DNA of 64,000 nucleotides from Picochlorum sp. SENEW3 (GCA_034226945.1 CP120453.1:558001-622000), one strand, 5' to 3'. Numbered from the stretch's first letter, positions 20,950 to 32,118 are shown. Program-made: numbers and translations. Notes: a model not told the origin generated them from the sequence alone.

Positions 20950-22023
20950 ATGGGTAGCAAGTCGGCAGAGTTTTTTAATCTCTTCTCTGATTGGTCAGAG
21001 TCTCAGCTGTTGGAGTATTTGAGAGAGCATGGGCAACGCATCAATCCAGGGACACCTCTGGAACTGTTAAAGTCATTATGCGCAGATATTGCCGAGGAAA
21101 CGGCCAAACAGAGTCGTCAGCCTGTGCCTAGGGCAATGCCACCTGCTGGTGGGGCAAAGAAGAAGGCATTTGTGTGTGGGATCAATTACATTGGGACTCG
21201 ATCGCAGTTGAATGGGTGTATAAATGATGCACGATGTATGCACTATTTGTTACGTCATCGTTTGGGCTTTATGGACGAACATATTTTGTTCATGAGTGAT
21301 GACCATCCTGATCCTGCTAGGAGGCCAACACGTGCCAATATACTTCAGGGGCTGACATGGTTGGTGACAGGGCTGCGCCCTGGAGATTCTTTAGTATTTC
21401 ATTACTCGGGGCACGGGTCGCAGGAGCGAGATCATACAGGGCAAGAGGCAGATGGAATGAATGAGACATTAGTACCCTTGGATCATCAGTATGCTGGTCA
21501 AATTTCTGATGACTTGATAAATCAGATAATAGTGCGGCCTTTACCGCAAGGTGTCAAGTTGCATGCCATTATAGATTCGTGCCATTCAGGATCCATGCTG
21601 GATCTTCCATTCATAGCTCCATGCAACAATGGCATGCTTCACTGGATTGCGCAATACCCGCATCCAGGAATTGCAGCATCCAAAGGGACATCTGGAGGTT
21701 TTGCGGTTCAATTTAGTGCAAGTGCAGATCATGAATACGCCGCGGATACCAGGAATTTATCAGGAGGTGTTGCCACTGGCGCCGCCACATTTTCCTTCAT
21801 ACAGGCTATTGAAAGACGGGGTTTAAACATCACATACGGACAGCTGGTCACTGAGATGTATCAAACGCTCATGTATGCTGGATTGGGACAAAATGCGGGA
21901 GGATATGGGCAAATGAACGGAATCTTTGGCTCCCTGATGAGCCAGTCGTCTCGATTACGAGGTCAGACACCCAGTATATCAGCAAATTATGCGTTTGATT
22001 TCAATGCACCATTTAAAGTGTAA
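20950..22023 (+). CDS. Metacaspase (type I-like)
   Basis: KKAFVCGINY, LNGCINDA, and the catalytic dyad in FHYSGHG and IIDSCHSG. Confidence 0.92.
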   Translation: MGSKSAEFFNLFSDWSESQLLEYLREHGQRINPGTPLELLKSLCADIAEETAKQSRQPVPRAMPPAGGAKKKAFVCGINYIGTRSQLNGCINDARCMHYLLRHRLGFMDEHILFMSDDHPDPARRPTRANILQGLTWLVTGLRPGDSLVFHYSGHGSQERDHTGQEADGMNETLVPLDHQYAGQISDDLINQIIVRPLPQGVKLHAIIDSCHSGSMLDLPFIAPCNNGMLHWIAQYPHPGIAASKGTSGGFAVQFSASADHEYAADTRNLSGGVATGAATFSFIQAIERRGLNITYGQLVTEMYQTLMYAGLGQNAGGYGQMNGIFGSLMSQSSRLRGQTPSISANYAFDFNAPFKV

Positions 22024-22029
22024 ATAATA

Positions 22030-23235
22030 TTAGTTATCCTGCTGATCAGTTGTCTTTTGCTCCTTTGCTGCGCGTGGGTACATGGCCTTGCCCTGTGCAA
22101 AGTTTTCCTTCCTAGCTGCAGCGGCTTTGATTCTATGGGTGCTTTTTGGAGTCACATATCTATACTTGTCCACATCTCCCCCCACTGGAACGATCAAATT
22201 GAAAGCTGACTTGTAAAACAGTCCTATATCCTTTGCTCTAATTTCACTACTATGTTTTGGTCTGCGCCGTGCCATTGCCACAGCAAAGGACACAGAGTCC
22301 TCCACAAAGTGCTGTGCCAACAACTCAAACGCAAGGTCGGCTTCTTTCGACATTTCAAAGCCCGAGCCGCAACTTCGCTGCAACAGATGTTGTGCTCTCT
22401 TAGACGGTAAGAATCTCTTCTCATCATCATTGCTGGGCACAGTAATGGTGGGAAACTGCTCCCGAAGGGTATGCCTTGCATCAGATATTCTCTTCTTGAC
22501 TTTGTCCTCTAGCGAACTCTTCTTTGTCACCACTGCACTTTTTAATTTTGTAGCGGCAATCTGTTCTTTGGAAGGACCAGAACTCGTTGGCTTACTTGCC
22601 TTGGACTGCTGTCGAATCATATTTGCCCACTGTATGTACGCTCTCAATATTTCTGGCTTATGTTTATCATAATCCGTGACAAATTTTGCCCACATATCCG
22701 GGCAAAACTTGAAAAAAGGAAAAAACAACGTATCAATGCTTTGCTTCTCATTCAACCGCACTGGATTTGGAAGTTTCACATGAGTCGTTGGGAGCGGGGG
22801 AATCTCCTTCATCATCGGCGCATCAGAAGATCGTGCACTCTGAGCTTCTGTGGACGATGATACATGCCCCCCTGGGGTGGCAGTTGATGCCGTGAGGGTT
22901 CCTCCAGACGGCATGGCACCTTGTACACCTGCGGGCGCATGGCCTCCCATGACTGCTTGCTGCATGACACCTGGCTGCATAACCCCTTGCTGCATGACTC
23001 CTTGCTGTATGACCCCTTGCTGCATGACCCCTTGCTGCATGATTCCTTGCTGTATAGCTGCTGGGTTCCCATACGCATTCGGGTTCATAGGCACACCGCT
23101 CTGAAGCGGCAACACGACATGTCCCTGTGGACGGGGCTGCTGTTGGCCCATCCCCATGCCCAACCCAGTCCCATTATCCACGCCGTAACCATGCATTTGG
23201 ATTCTATTATTAGAGTTGCCATTGTTATTATTCAT
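22030..23235 (-). CDS. TAF12-like histone-fold protein with Gln/Gly/Met-rich low-complexity N-terminus
   Basis: C-terminal histone fold (LPSKRAQHLL...EADLAFELLAQHFVEDSVSFAVAMARRR..SEIRAKDI..FNLIVP). First ATG at 23235. Confidence 0.65.
   Translation of the reverse strand: MNNNNGNSNNRIQMHGYGVDNGTGLGMGMGQQQPRPQGHVVLPLQSGVPMNPNAYGNPAAIQQGIMQQGVMQQGVIQQGVMQQGVMQPGVMQQAVMGGHAPAGVQGAMPSGGTLTASTATPGGHVSSSTEAQSARSSDAPMMKEIPPLPTTHVKLPNPVRLNEKQSIDTLFFPFFKFCPDMWAKFVTDYDKHKPEILRAYIQWANMIRQQSKASKPTSSGPSKEQIAATKLKSAVVTKKSSLEDKVKKRISDARHTLREQFPTITVPSNDDEKRFLPSKRAQHLLQRSCGSGFEMSKEADLAFELLAQHFVEDSVSFAVAMARRRPKHSSEIRAKDIGLFYKSAFNLIVPVGGDVDKYRYVTPKSTHRIKAAAARKENFAQGKAMYPRAAKEQKTTDQQDN
22957..23055 (-). repeat. 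15-bp coding tandem repeat (QQG[V/I]M, about 6.5 copies)
   Basis: CCTTGCTGCATGACC-type units visible on the + strand. Confidence 0.9.
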
Positions 23236-23745
23236 ATTGCTATTGTGGGGAAAGTTTCCTGCGAGCAAATCAAATGTCTAATCGTCACAATACACGTGAC
23301 ACGCAGCCAACACAACCCTCTTCTTTCCCTTAGACTCCTCACACGTACCTTGATTCATATCTTCTATTACATGGACGACTGACCCACGTCAGCAGCCTCG
23401 TTGGATGTCCAGACTTGCCCGTCTGCTAAAACGACACACGTACTCAACGCATGTGCTTACAGAACAGTCTCATTGAATACCTAATGATTTCTATATAATT
23501 TCTATGCGTGCAGCAGGCGGGTGACGGTGAGATATTATGATGCTGGAGAAATCCTTGATCCTCTCAATTCCGTATAAAAAACGTTAAATAATTTAAAACA
23601 ATGTCCATCATCATTGAGGAATACATGCCGCACAGCGACCCTTCCAAAGAAAACAAATATCGATATTTTTCTAGTGTCCGATACATCGCAAAGAGAGGGT
23701 CCTGAATATACACGCGGGTGGGAGTTCTCTCGGATCACTGTCTTT

Positions 23746-26082
23746 ATGGCTGCCCACGTTCAGCCTCAGAATGGCCTGGGTGTGGTTCGGGATGATCAAG
23801 ACTCATGGTTGAATCAGGCGACAAAGACAGTCAAGCGAGCTGCGTATTATATGCGTCAGGCGGTAGAAGAGTCCAACTTGGAGGATGCCCTTCGTCACTC
23901 TGCCGTGTTGTTGGGGGAGTTGCGGACATCGCATCTGGGTCCACAGAAATATTTTGAATTGTACATGAGTGTTTTCAATGAGATGCGTGATCTGGAGGGT
24001 TTTTTCTTGGCAAAAATCAACGGTTCGGAGGAGTTTGCGAGGGAGTTGTATCACAAGGTACAGCATGCTGGTAATGTCGTACCTCGTCTGTATCTTCTCT
24101 GTACTGTCGGGTCGTGTGCTATTCGGTCACATGTGTGCGATACGGAAAGTGTGTTGCGGGATATGGAGGATATGTGTAAAGGTGTGCAGCATCCTATTCG
24201 AGGCTTGTTTTTGAGGGCATATCTGGTGCAGCAGTGTAGAGGGTTATTGCCGGATGAAGAGGGTGGCTCTGTGGATGATTCGATTCGATTTTTGTTGGAA
24301 AATTTTATAGAGATGAATAAATTGTGGGTGAGGATGCGGCGACAGGGTGATATGGATGAGAGGGCTGTGAGAGCACGAGAAAAGGAGAGGGAGCAGCTGG
24401 CAGATTTGGTTGGAAAGAATCTGACACAGTTGTCCCAGTTGGAGAACCTGAGGTTTGATGTGTACAAAGAGATGGTGCTGCCGAGGATATTAGAGCAAGT
24501 TGTATCGTGTAAGGATGAGCTGGCGCAGGGATATTTGATGGAATGCATCACTGCTGCGTTTCCAGATGAGTTTCAGATTGGCACCATTGATCAGTTGTTG
24601 GATGCTTTGCCAAAGCTCGAGCCAGGAGTCGTGCTTGCGTCGGTGCTTGGATCAATGTTGGATAGATTGGCACAGTACACGAAGAATACTCCAGCTGTGG
24701 TGCAGAGTTTAGATGATATGCAGGCGTTTCATAAGATTAGCAATGCTGTGGAGGCATCAACACAAGCTCATGCAGATCTCTCTGGGGATTCTGTGGCATC
24801 CATGTATGGAGGGCTTTTAACGTTTGCTGAAGTGGTGTATCCTGATAGATTAGAGTATGTAGATAATATCTTAGAAAAGACGGCCAGTGTTTTGGAGGGG
24901 AAGAAACCATATGGGAATGGTAGAACAGAAAAAAAGGTGATGGATTTGCTGAGTATTCCCTTGGAAAAGTACGAGTTGAAGACTGTTCTTGGACTGCGGC
25001 ATTTCACCACTTTAATAGATGCTCTTGGTGAGACGAAAAAGAAGGATTTTGCGATGAAAATTGCAACAATGGCATGTCAGAGGGGAGATGTCCTCACAGA
25101 TGCGGGGTCGTGTGTGGCCCTGTTTAATATTGTTGAGAGAATCTTGACGGGTGATGAGGACGATATTGAAGATGATGCATCTCTGATGGCGAAATTGATG
25201 CACTGTTTCAATATAGAGTCGACGTCTGACCACATCCGTTTTTTGATGGACGTTTTTGAGCGTGTATCCAAGCATGGCACGCCAGCAATCAAGCATGTTG
25301 GTCCTGCGGTTGTGTTCAGCGCAACACGTAGCATTCATGCGAGCCATGATCGACAAAGCTCGAGCATGGATGATGTGAAAGAGTGGTATGTATTTCTGGT
25401 GCGAGTGTGCAAGGCAGTTGCCAATGCATCTGCCCCAGGTATTGCTATTCAATTATTGCTCAGAGTTGGCGTTGCCAGTCAGGATGAACTTCTTGCGTAC
25501 GAATGTTTCGAGCATGCCTGTGTTCTCTATGAAGACTTTATTTTCGACTCAAAAGAATGCAGCACTGCTTTGTACAGCATCATACATGCGTTGTACAAGT
25601 GTGGGGCACTGGCAGGGGACTCGAGACGCATGCTTGCATTCAAGGCAACATCATACTGTTCGAAGCTCTTGAGGAGAAAAGATCAATGCCGTGCGATACT
25701 CGCATGCTGTCACATATATTGGCAGGAAAAGGACGAGAATAGTTTTGGTGTGGAATGTAGCCTTGCGCGGGATGGCGCTTCTGTTTTGAAATTGCTTGAG
25801 AGAGCTGAGAGAACTGTTCATGCTCTCATGGAACAAAATACCCTCATGGAACGCAGCGCAGATGAATACGCAGAGCCCGGTTATTTAATGGTAGACATAC
25901 TAAACAAATATGCAATATTCAAAAAGAAGGGCGTAGAAGAAATTACGGCAGAGTCTATAGACAAGATTATTCGTGAAACTGATGCTGTCATGCAATCAAC
26001 TCATGTACTTGAGGCAGGTGATGTCACCTTGCAAGCGTATTACAAAACATCCCTTGTAGCCTTGAAGAATACCACATCATGA
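23746..26082 (+). CDS. VPS35: Retromer subunit VPS35
   Basis: ELRTSHLGPQKYFELY, VQHAGNVVPRLYLL, KGVQHPIRGLFLR, NFIEMNKLWVRM and SKLLRRKDQCRA. First ATG at 23746. Confidence 0.95.
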   Translation: MAAHVQPQNGLGVVRDDQDSWLNQATKTVKRAAYYMRQAVEESNLEDALRHSAVLLGELRTSHLGPQKYFELYMSVFNEMRDLEGFFLAKINGSEEFARELYHKVQHAGNVVPRLYLLCTVGSCAIRSHVCDTESVLRDMEDMCKGVQHPIRGLFLRAYLVQQCRGLLPDEEGGSVDDSIRFLLENFIEMNKLWVRMRRQGDMDERAVRAREKEREQLADLVGKNLTQLSQLENLRFDVYKEMVLPRILEQVVSCKDELAQGYLMECITAAFPDEFQIGTIDQLLDALPKLEPGVVLASVLGSMLDRLAQYTKNTPAVVQSLDDMQAFHKISNAVEASTQAHADLSGDSVASMYGGLLTFAEVVYPDRLEYVDNILEKTASVLEGKKPYGNGRTEKKVMDLLSIPLEKYELKTVLGLRHFTTLIDALGETKKKDFAMKIATMACQRGDVLTDAGSCVALFNIVERILTGDEDDIEDDASLMAKLMHCFNIESTSDHIRFLMDVFERVSKHGTPAIKHVGPAVVFSATRSIHASHDRQSSSMDDVKEWYVFLVRVCKAVANASAPGIAIQLLLRVGVASQDELLAYECFEHACVLYEDFIFDSKECSTALYSIIHALYKCGALAGDSRRMLAFKATSYCSKLLRRKDQCRAILACCHIYWQEKDENSFGVECSLARDGASVLKLLERAERTVHALMEQNTLMERSADEYAEPGYLMVDILNKYAIFKKKGVEEITAESIDKIIRETDAVMQSTHVLEAGDVTLQAYYKTSLVALKNTTS

Positions 26083-27369
26083 ATCCAGAAAATACCGCTT
26101 ATCAATAGTTTTAGAATGTACAATATTTTGTAACAATCCCTCTTGGTCATCTATAACATCCACCAGAAGACATGCACGTGCTATAGCTCTTGTTCTCATC
26201 AGCAATTCCTGGTGCTCCTTGAGATTTGAAAGCGCATTCACAGGAGGAACTCTCTTTTTCACCACATATGTTTTATAAAAAGATCGAAGGACCGTCAGCA
26301 TACATTGTATGTACTCATCATCACGCGCCATTTGGAATATTCGAATGCCTTTTGAAGCAGATTTTGAAACCAAAAATGCCGAGGGTGTGTTTGAGCACAA
26401 CATCTGAAACTGAAGCTGCGGCACATGTAGAACATCAACGTATTCCCTTGGACCTCTATCTCTCACATGAAATGCACATTTGCCACGAGACGAACAAGAA
26501 AACGTGAATGGACAAGAATTTTTCACCTCGACCACAGCACATGCATCCAGAAAGCTTCCAAATGTAGATACAGCAACAGATTTGTCGCAAGTGTCCATGC
26601 ACAATGCATCAGGTGTTGCTCCAATAGGAGGTAAATCATCAGGAGAAAACCCCCGCAAACGAATCTCATCGTCGTTCAACGCAAATAGCCCAACCTCAAA
26701 CAACATTTTATCAGTACGCCAATGCTCACAGAGAATGGCAAGCGTTGTTGCTTCTTGGGCAGAACCCCATGCGCATCGAACTTTATTCATATCTCTCATA
26801 CTTTTCAAACTGCGAGCTTTTCGCAGCTTCAGTGCCTCGAATGCCTCCTCATCAGTATCATTCCCATGTCGTAAACCTTGTTGGTTTGCCAACACATGGG
26901 CCTGCTCATTCCTCATACGCCCATGAGCATCTCCTTCTGCGCCTTTTGCAGCGCCTATATCATATACATCATCGCAAAGATGGTGATAGACGGAAACAAT
27001 ACGGCTGTGAGACAGCCAGCTCTTGTGTAACCGCAGTACTTTACCAGCACAAGGTTCGTAGAAACCCAATGCAGCATTCAGATTCCCAGTCGTCAATCTA
27101 CCCGCATGCAACCTACTCCATAGAACATCATCTTCCTTAATATAACGATACGATGCTCGACCGTACTCCAACGTCACATCATCACGCTCCGGCAAGCATA
27201 CAAAAGATGGATGCCCTCGAAGCACAGACAGACTTGGGATTGCTCCATACCAAACATTTGGCATCATGCCATGCATTCTCGGCGCTTTTTTCTTGCTCGC
27301 TGATCTCGATTCCTGAATCCCTGAATCAGATGCGGCATTCAAAATCACCTGATGAGGAATAAGCGCCAT
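26077..27369 (-). CDS. YqaJ-like (lambda exonuclease family) PD-(D/E)xK nuclease
   Basis: W..LHAGRLTTG, WGSAQE, IGATPDAL, VVEVKN and PQLQFQM follow the YqaJ motif order. Confidence 0.8.
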   Translation of the reverse strand: MALIPHQVILNAASDSGIQESRSASKKKAPRMHGMMPNVWYGAIPSLSVLRGHPSFVCLPERDDVTLEYGRASYRYIKEDDVLWSRLHAGRLTTGNLNAALGFYEPCAGKVLRLHKSWLSHSRIVSVYHHLCDDVYDIGAAKGAEGDAHGRMRNEQAHVLANQQGLRHGNDTDEEAFEALKLRKARSLKSMRDMNKVRCAWGSAQEATTLAILCEHWRTDKMLFEVGLFALNDDEIRLRGFSPDDLPPIGATPDALCMDTCDKSVAVSTFGSFLDACAVVEVKNSCPFTFSCSSRGKCAFHVRDRGPREYVDVLHVPQLQFQMLCSNTPSAFLVSKSASKGIRIFQMARDDEYIQCMLTVLRSFYKTYVVKKRVPPVNALSNLKEHQELLMRTRAIARACLLVDVIDDQEGLLQNIVHSKTIDKRYFLDS

Positions 27370-27814
27370 GGTTCCCTTTGAGAGGAGAGGAGAGGAGAAA
27401 AAGAGAAAGAAGCAAAAAGTTTTTCCTTTCTTCTCGTTAATGTCTCCCTCCTACCAATCAATGCTCATGCGTATCCACACAGATCTGACTTTTTTTTTCT
27501 AAATCACGTTAAAAATATGGCGCGTCGACCAAACTTCAGTCTTCTTCTTCTTCTTCATGTCGTAGCTGCTGCATCTCTTTGGTGTCAAACGCAGCTGTCC
27601 GAATACAAGCGCGATGTGGTGGTATTAAAAAAAAATTATATACAATATAGTCGATTCGATGCATACTATGAAACATATACGATTGTACACCGCAAACTAT
27701 TCAAGGAACAGGGTATGATGATGGAAAATGACAACAACAACAAGTGCTAGAAATCACAAAAAAAGAAAAACAGAAAGGCTCAGGCCCAACATTTGGTATT
27801 CAAATCCCATAGAA

Positions 27815-28789
27815 TTATTGTTGGGTGGTATCTCCTTTCATTGCCTGCTTGACTGGTGGATGTTCCACCACCACCTTTTTGTTATAGTACACATCTTCAT
27901 CCTCACTGTCCACAACATCATACTCACTGTAATACCTTCTGCGCATGCATTGCACCAATTGAAGCATCAGCAGCGACCAAACCGCTGTGCTGAGACCAAT
28001 CAATGCGACAAAGATAATGAGGCCAATGTTCAGGTTCCCTTCTTCATCCCACAAGTTCCAGTCAATAGTGTCTGCATCTCCATTGGAAGATCTCAGACTG
28101 GAGGACCAGTCAGTGATGCGGGATTCGGCACTCTGCCACCACGATGATACGTGTTCTTTCATGGAATTCATGCATCGTTTGTGTACATTCCACCAGGTCG
28201 ACGGCTCCTCTGGCTCCTGGTGGTGCTCCATGTGGTGGACAACGTGTTGGGAAATGACATCAGAATACCTCGTCTCCAGTTCCTCCTGCAACAGAGGGAG
28301 ACTCTCCACCAATCGAAGCATCATGTCTCTTGGAGACTCCATAGAACCGCGCATTGGTCCGTCCATCATATGCTCCACCCGGCGCATAAATCCTGGGCAT
28401 CTGACCATTCTCTGATGAATGATTGGCATGTCCATCTTCCTTGGGAATTTATCAGATTCAGATGTCGCCACATGCACACTTTCCACAACAAATGGTCCTC
28501 CTCTTCTTCCTAGAGCCCACAATGGCCCATTCACAACAATATCAACAGCAGAGTCTGGCATCTTCCTCTGAGGACCTCCCTCATGTCCCATCATCATGAC
28601 CGTCGTCATCTTCCTCTCGCTATTGTCTGAGTCACTATCATCGCCATGATGATGATGATGGTGGTGGTGACCATGGTGATGACCGTAGGTATCTTCCATA
28701 TCCATCCCGTGTCTATACCCAGACGCACACGTGGCCAACAACAGCCACAGGAGAGCTGTCGACAAGACCATGGCTTTCTGGGTTCTCAT
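27815..28789 (-). CDS. Type I membrane protein with His-rich N-terminus, function unknown
   Basis: Signal peptide, GHHHGHHHHHHHHG, Met-rich ectodomain, one TM helix (IGLIIFVALIGLSTAVWSLLML) and a short acidic tail. Confidence 0.7.
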   Translation of the reverse strand: MRTQKAMVLSTALLWLLLATCASGYRHGMDMEDTYGHHHGHHHHHHHHGDDSDSDNSERKMTTVMMMGHEGGPQRKMPDSAVDIVVNGPLWALGRRGGPFVVESVHVATSESDKFPRKMDMPIIHQRMVRCPGFMRRVEHMMDGPMRGSMESPRDMMLRLVESLPLLQEELETRYSDVISQHVVHHMEHHQEPEEPSTWWNVHKRCMNSMKEHVSSWWQSAESRITDWSSSLRSSNGDADTIDWNLWDEEGNLNIGLIIFVALIGLSTAVWSLLMLQLVQCMRRRYYSEYDVVDSEDEDVYYNKKVVVEHPPVKQAMKGDTTQQ

Positions 28790-29265
28790 TCTGGGTGCCG
28801 TGTATCTTCAATATTGCATCCAAATATACCAAAAACTGACTATTTTATGACTCTATACGCGGTATTTCCAAAAGCCGGAAATCCCGAGGGGTATCACGTT
28901 TCTGTGGATTGCTCCGTCTCGTATGACCGAACTAGAAGCTCGTGATGGTCGATAATAATTCTCTATCGCCAACAGAGCATTAATGTATAAATCTGTGGAC
29001 CCAAGGTAATGAGTATCATCATATCATCAAACACGTGACGTTTGGGATGAGTCTACAGTGTCCGGTCAACTACTGCCTTTGATAGTAGTAGTCTGTATTG
29101 ATATACCCCAGACTCTAACGCGCTCTGGCTTCTTCTCATGAGAAGAAGCCGTGATCACGGCGGTTGTTGTTCTTCTGTGAGGAGGATCATGAATGGCACA
29201 CACATGTATGCGACTCTACATCTCTAGTCTAGTACTATATGGCAACAAACATGGACATCAAAATG

Positions 29266-30243
29266 TTACATGCATGCTTGCTGTAGATGCTGTAGAAATT
29301 TCTTATTACGCCTCGCATTCACCCCTATATCGCTGACTCCAAGTCTCAACTGTCCCTGTGCACGTACCGAGATACCCGATCCATCTTCGGCATCCTGTAT
29401 GCTCATAAACAGATCGTCTGCGAATCCAAACACAGTGCTTAATATCCGAGCATGAATGAATGTGTTCCCGTCTTCATCTGCAGTGTCCTCTAGTATGGTG
29501 GAGAAGGTATGTGACTGGACAACCCACTCTCGTGCAATCTGGCCAATATCATCCTTGGATGCGCATGCTGATGACGGTGATGCATGAATAATCTCAGCTT
29601 CTATATCCTTGGGCGTCTTCGTAGGTTCGGGTCGCTTTTTTGCCTCACCCAATAATGCTCTTGTATTCTGTTCCTTGATCTTGCCTGGCGGTTCCTCCTT
29701 CCTCTTCTTCTCCCCACCAGTGGCACGTCTCTCGCGAGTACTACTACTATCCACAGTTGCCTTCTTTCTCGGTATCGTGATGACTGCCTCGATTCTATTG
29801 CACCCTAAATACGGAGATGGTGCAGACTCTTGACAACTGGACGGAAATGTATGGATCCCTGGATCAGGACTGTATACATGGATTGCAATACACGCTCCAA
29901 CATACACTGCCACCAGAAACATGGGCCATCGAAACACAGTAAACAATTTTCGAATTCCATGACTACCCCAGGACACAATTTTATCAATCATCCATGGAAG
30001 AGAGGTTGATTTATTGGTCATGTATGCAGTGCTCAGTGCTGTCATTCCTGTCTTGGCCACGGACAGGGCCACGGCAACGCCAAACCAATACCTCCACAAT
30101 AGACTAAGCACCGCATGCGTAGCTCCTAGTCCAATGAAGACGCAGCCAAGTGTAATCCAATAGCATTCAGAGCCACTGCTCGGCACCGTACTAGCTGCAT
30201 ATTTGCCCTTTTTGGGAGTGTTGGAAGACAGTCTGGGGAGCAT
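29266..30243 (-). CDS. Membrane protein with C-terminal DUF1499-like domain
   Basis: About three N-terminal TM segments; FIHARILSTVFGFADDL and LRLGVSDIGVNARR. First in-frame ATG at 30243. Confidence 0.75.
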   Translation of the reverse strand: MLPRLSSNTPKKGKYAASTVPSSGSECYWITLGCVFIGLGATHAVLSLLWRYWFGVAVALSVAKTGMTALSTAYMTNKSTSLPWMIDKIVSWGSHGIRKLFTVFRWPMFLVAVYVGACIAIHVYSPDPGIHTFPSSCQESAPSPYLGCNRIEAVITIPRKKATVDSSSTRERRATGGEKKRKEEPPGKIKEQNTRALLGEAKKRPEPTKTPKDIEAEIIHASPSSACASKDDIGQIAREWVVQSHTFSTILEDTADEDGNTFIHARILSTVFGFADDLFMSIQDAEDGSGISVRAQGQLRLGVSDIGVNARRNKKFLQHLQQACM

Positions 30244-30479
30244 TGTCTTCCAACCCAAGCCATATATTCTGTGTATCTACGTATTATGATGTATTTGGAT
30301 TCCATGTACGATATATCTCTGACGACTCCAGTTGTTGATTCAAAAAATCATTTTAATTCCGTCAGCGGGAAATAAAATTTCACAGGTCTGTTTTTGTATA
30401 CCCAACGGTATATGCGTCGCCGGCGCAGGACACTACAATATTTTCCTAATTTTTACCATTGAAAGGATAGACAGTCACC

Positions 30480-31714
30480 ATGCCGAAAGGAGGGCCACTG
30501 GCGTTTCTGAATAAGAAACATTGGCATCCTGGGAGATTGCAGAACCAAGAAAAGGTATGGAAGAAGGAGCAAGAGGCTGCGAAAGAGCAGCAGAAATTAG
30601 AAGACTTACGGAAGCAGATAGAGGAGGAGCGTGCGAAGGAGGAGTTGAATGCTATGGCTGCAGCTGCAGGAGTGAAAGTGTACGTGCATCGAACCTGGAC
30701 ATTGCTGTGTGATACTATCGTTCATTTTTGACCAAACCCATGTTATGATGTTGCAGGAGGGAAGAAAAGTTGGATTGGATGTATCAGGGTGGTGTAGGAG
30801 CGATGCATGATGCCAACCAGAGGGAGGAACAGAAGGGGCATGAGGACCATGCTGCTGGGACACAAGAGCAGATTGCTGGTGCTGGTGGTGAGCGGGATGC
30901 ATCAAGACCGAGTCTCCCATCGTTTTATGAACAGGATAATCCTTCATCTGCAAACGAGATTTGGCAAAGGCTTCATGGGGACCCATTAATGATCATGAAG
31001 CAACAAGAGCTGCAAGCAAGGAGGTCTATCGTATCAAATCCAGTTAAAATGGATGCCATCAAGAAGAGGGCAAAGGAAGAAAAGAGAAAGCGGCATAAAA
31101 GTAGTAAAAGCAGTAGACATCACCGTCACCACCGTCATGGGGATGAGGGTGAGGATGGTGATGATGAAAGGCGAAGGAGACGACGTCATCGCTCATCATC
31201 GCGCCATAGAAGGCACGATTCTTCATCTCGTCGAGATGAAGAGAGGACATATAGGCATGAACATAGAAGCTCACAGCGAGACGCATCTCCAGTGCAGCAT
31301 CACCTCCCTACACAGCGAGAGGACCCTCCACACCATGGCCCACGATATGGCATCTCGTTTGCCTCAAACGCACCCGAGGCTGTCAGACAGAAAGATAGAT
31401 CTTCTGTTATTCAAGATACGCAGAAGCGATTGGAAGAAGCCGCCAGGAAAAAGGAGCAAGAGCAACGAGAGCAGGCTGCTCAGAGACACAAGAAGAGAGT
31501 CCACACCACTGGGCGACTGACAGAGGAAGAGAGGCGACGTAAGCTGGAGCAAATGAGCATGTCTGCAAAAGAATTTGAGCAACATAGATCGGAGAGGGTA
31601 TCCACGTATCAGAACAGAGCTCAGGCTGAAGAAAAAGCCCTGTACGATGCAAACAGAAGCAGCACTCGTGACTTTCTGCGGCGAGAAGCCTTGGATCGAT
31701 TACATAAAACATGA
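30480..31714 (+). CDS. CWC25: Pre-mRNA splicing factor CWC25 (exons 30480-30679, 30757-31714)
   Basis: FLNKKHWHPG..QNQEKVWK, KLDWMY and GDPLMIMK. Intron 30680-30756 (GTACGT..TTGCAG) joins the two ORFs in frame. Confidence 0.9.
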
Positions 31715-31741
31715 TTTCACTGTATATATATTGTAACACGA

Positions 31742-32118
31742 CTACGGTTTTCCTCCAGGAACAAGAGCTGCAATAGTGTTCCCATTGAGCAAAATTTGGT
31801 CCAAGTGGGCAGATTCTTCAATCTTACCTTCCTCATTTCTATCAAATTCTGTAACATCTTCTAGTACCATATTTACATAGACATCGAATCCCCTGCATCG
31901 AAGACGACTGTGTGAGTCTCACGCATCCATCTATTCAAGTGCTTGACGTACCTCAGTGTCCCTACCAGTTCCTTCTCTCCCTTCATAAGAATCCAGATTT
32001 TACTACCAATACATTTATCAAGGAGTTCAGAGGGTAGAATCTGACTGGGGTTGGGAACTCCACCGGTGTCTCTCGTGTGCTGTCCACCAGGTCCTCGAGA
32101 GGTATTCTGAGCAAACAT
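31742..32118 (-). CDS. LSM5: Sm-like protein LSm5 (exons 32118-31952, 31892-31742)
   Basis: [45 protein letters not shown]...[18 protein letters not shown] after removing the 59-nt intron 31893-31951. Confidence 0.95.
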
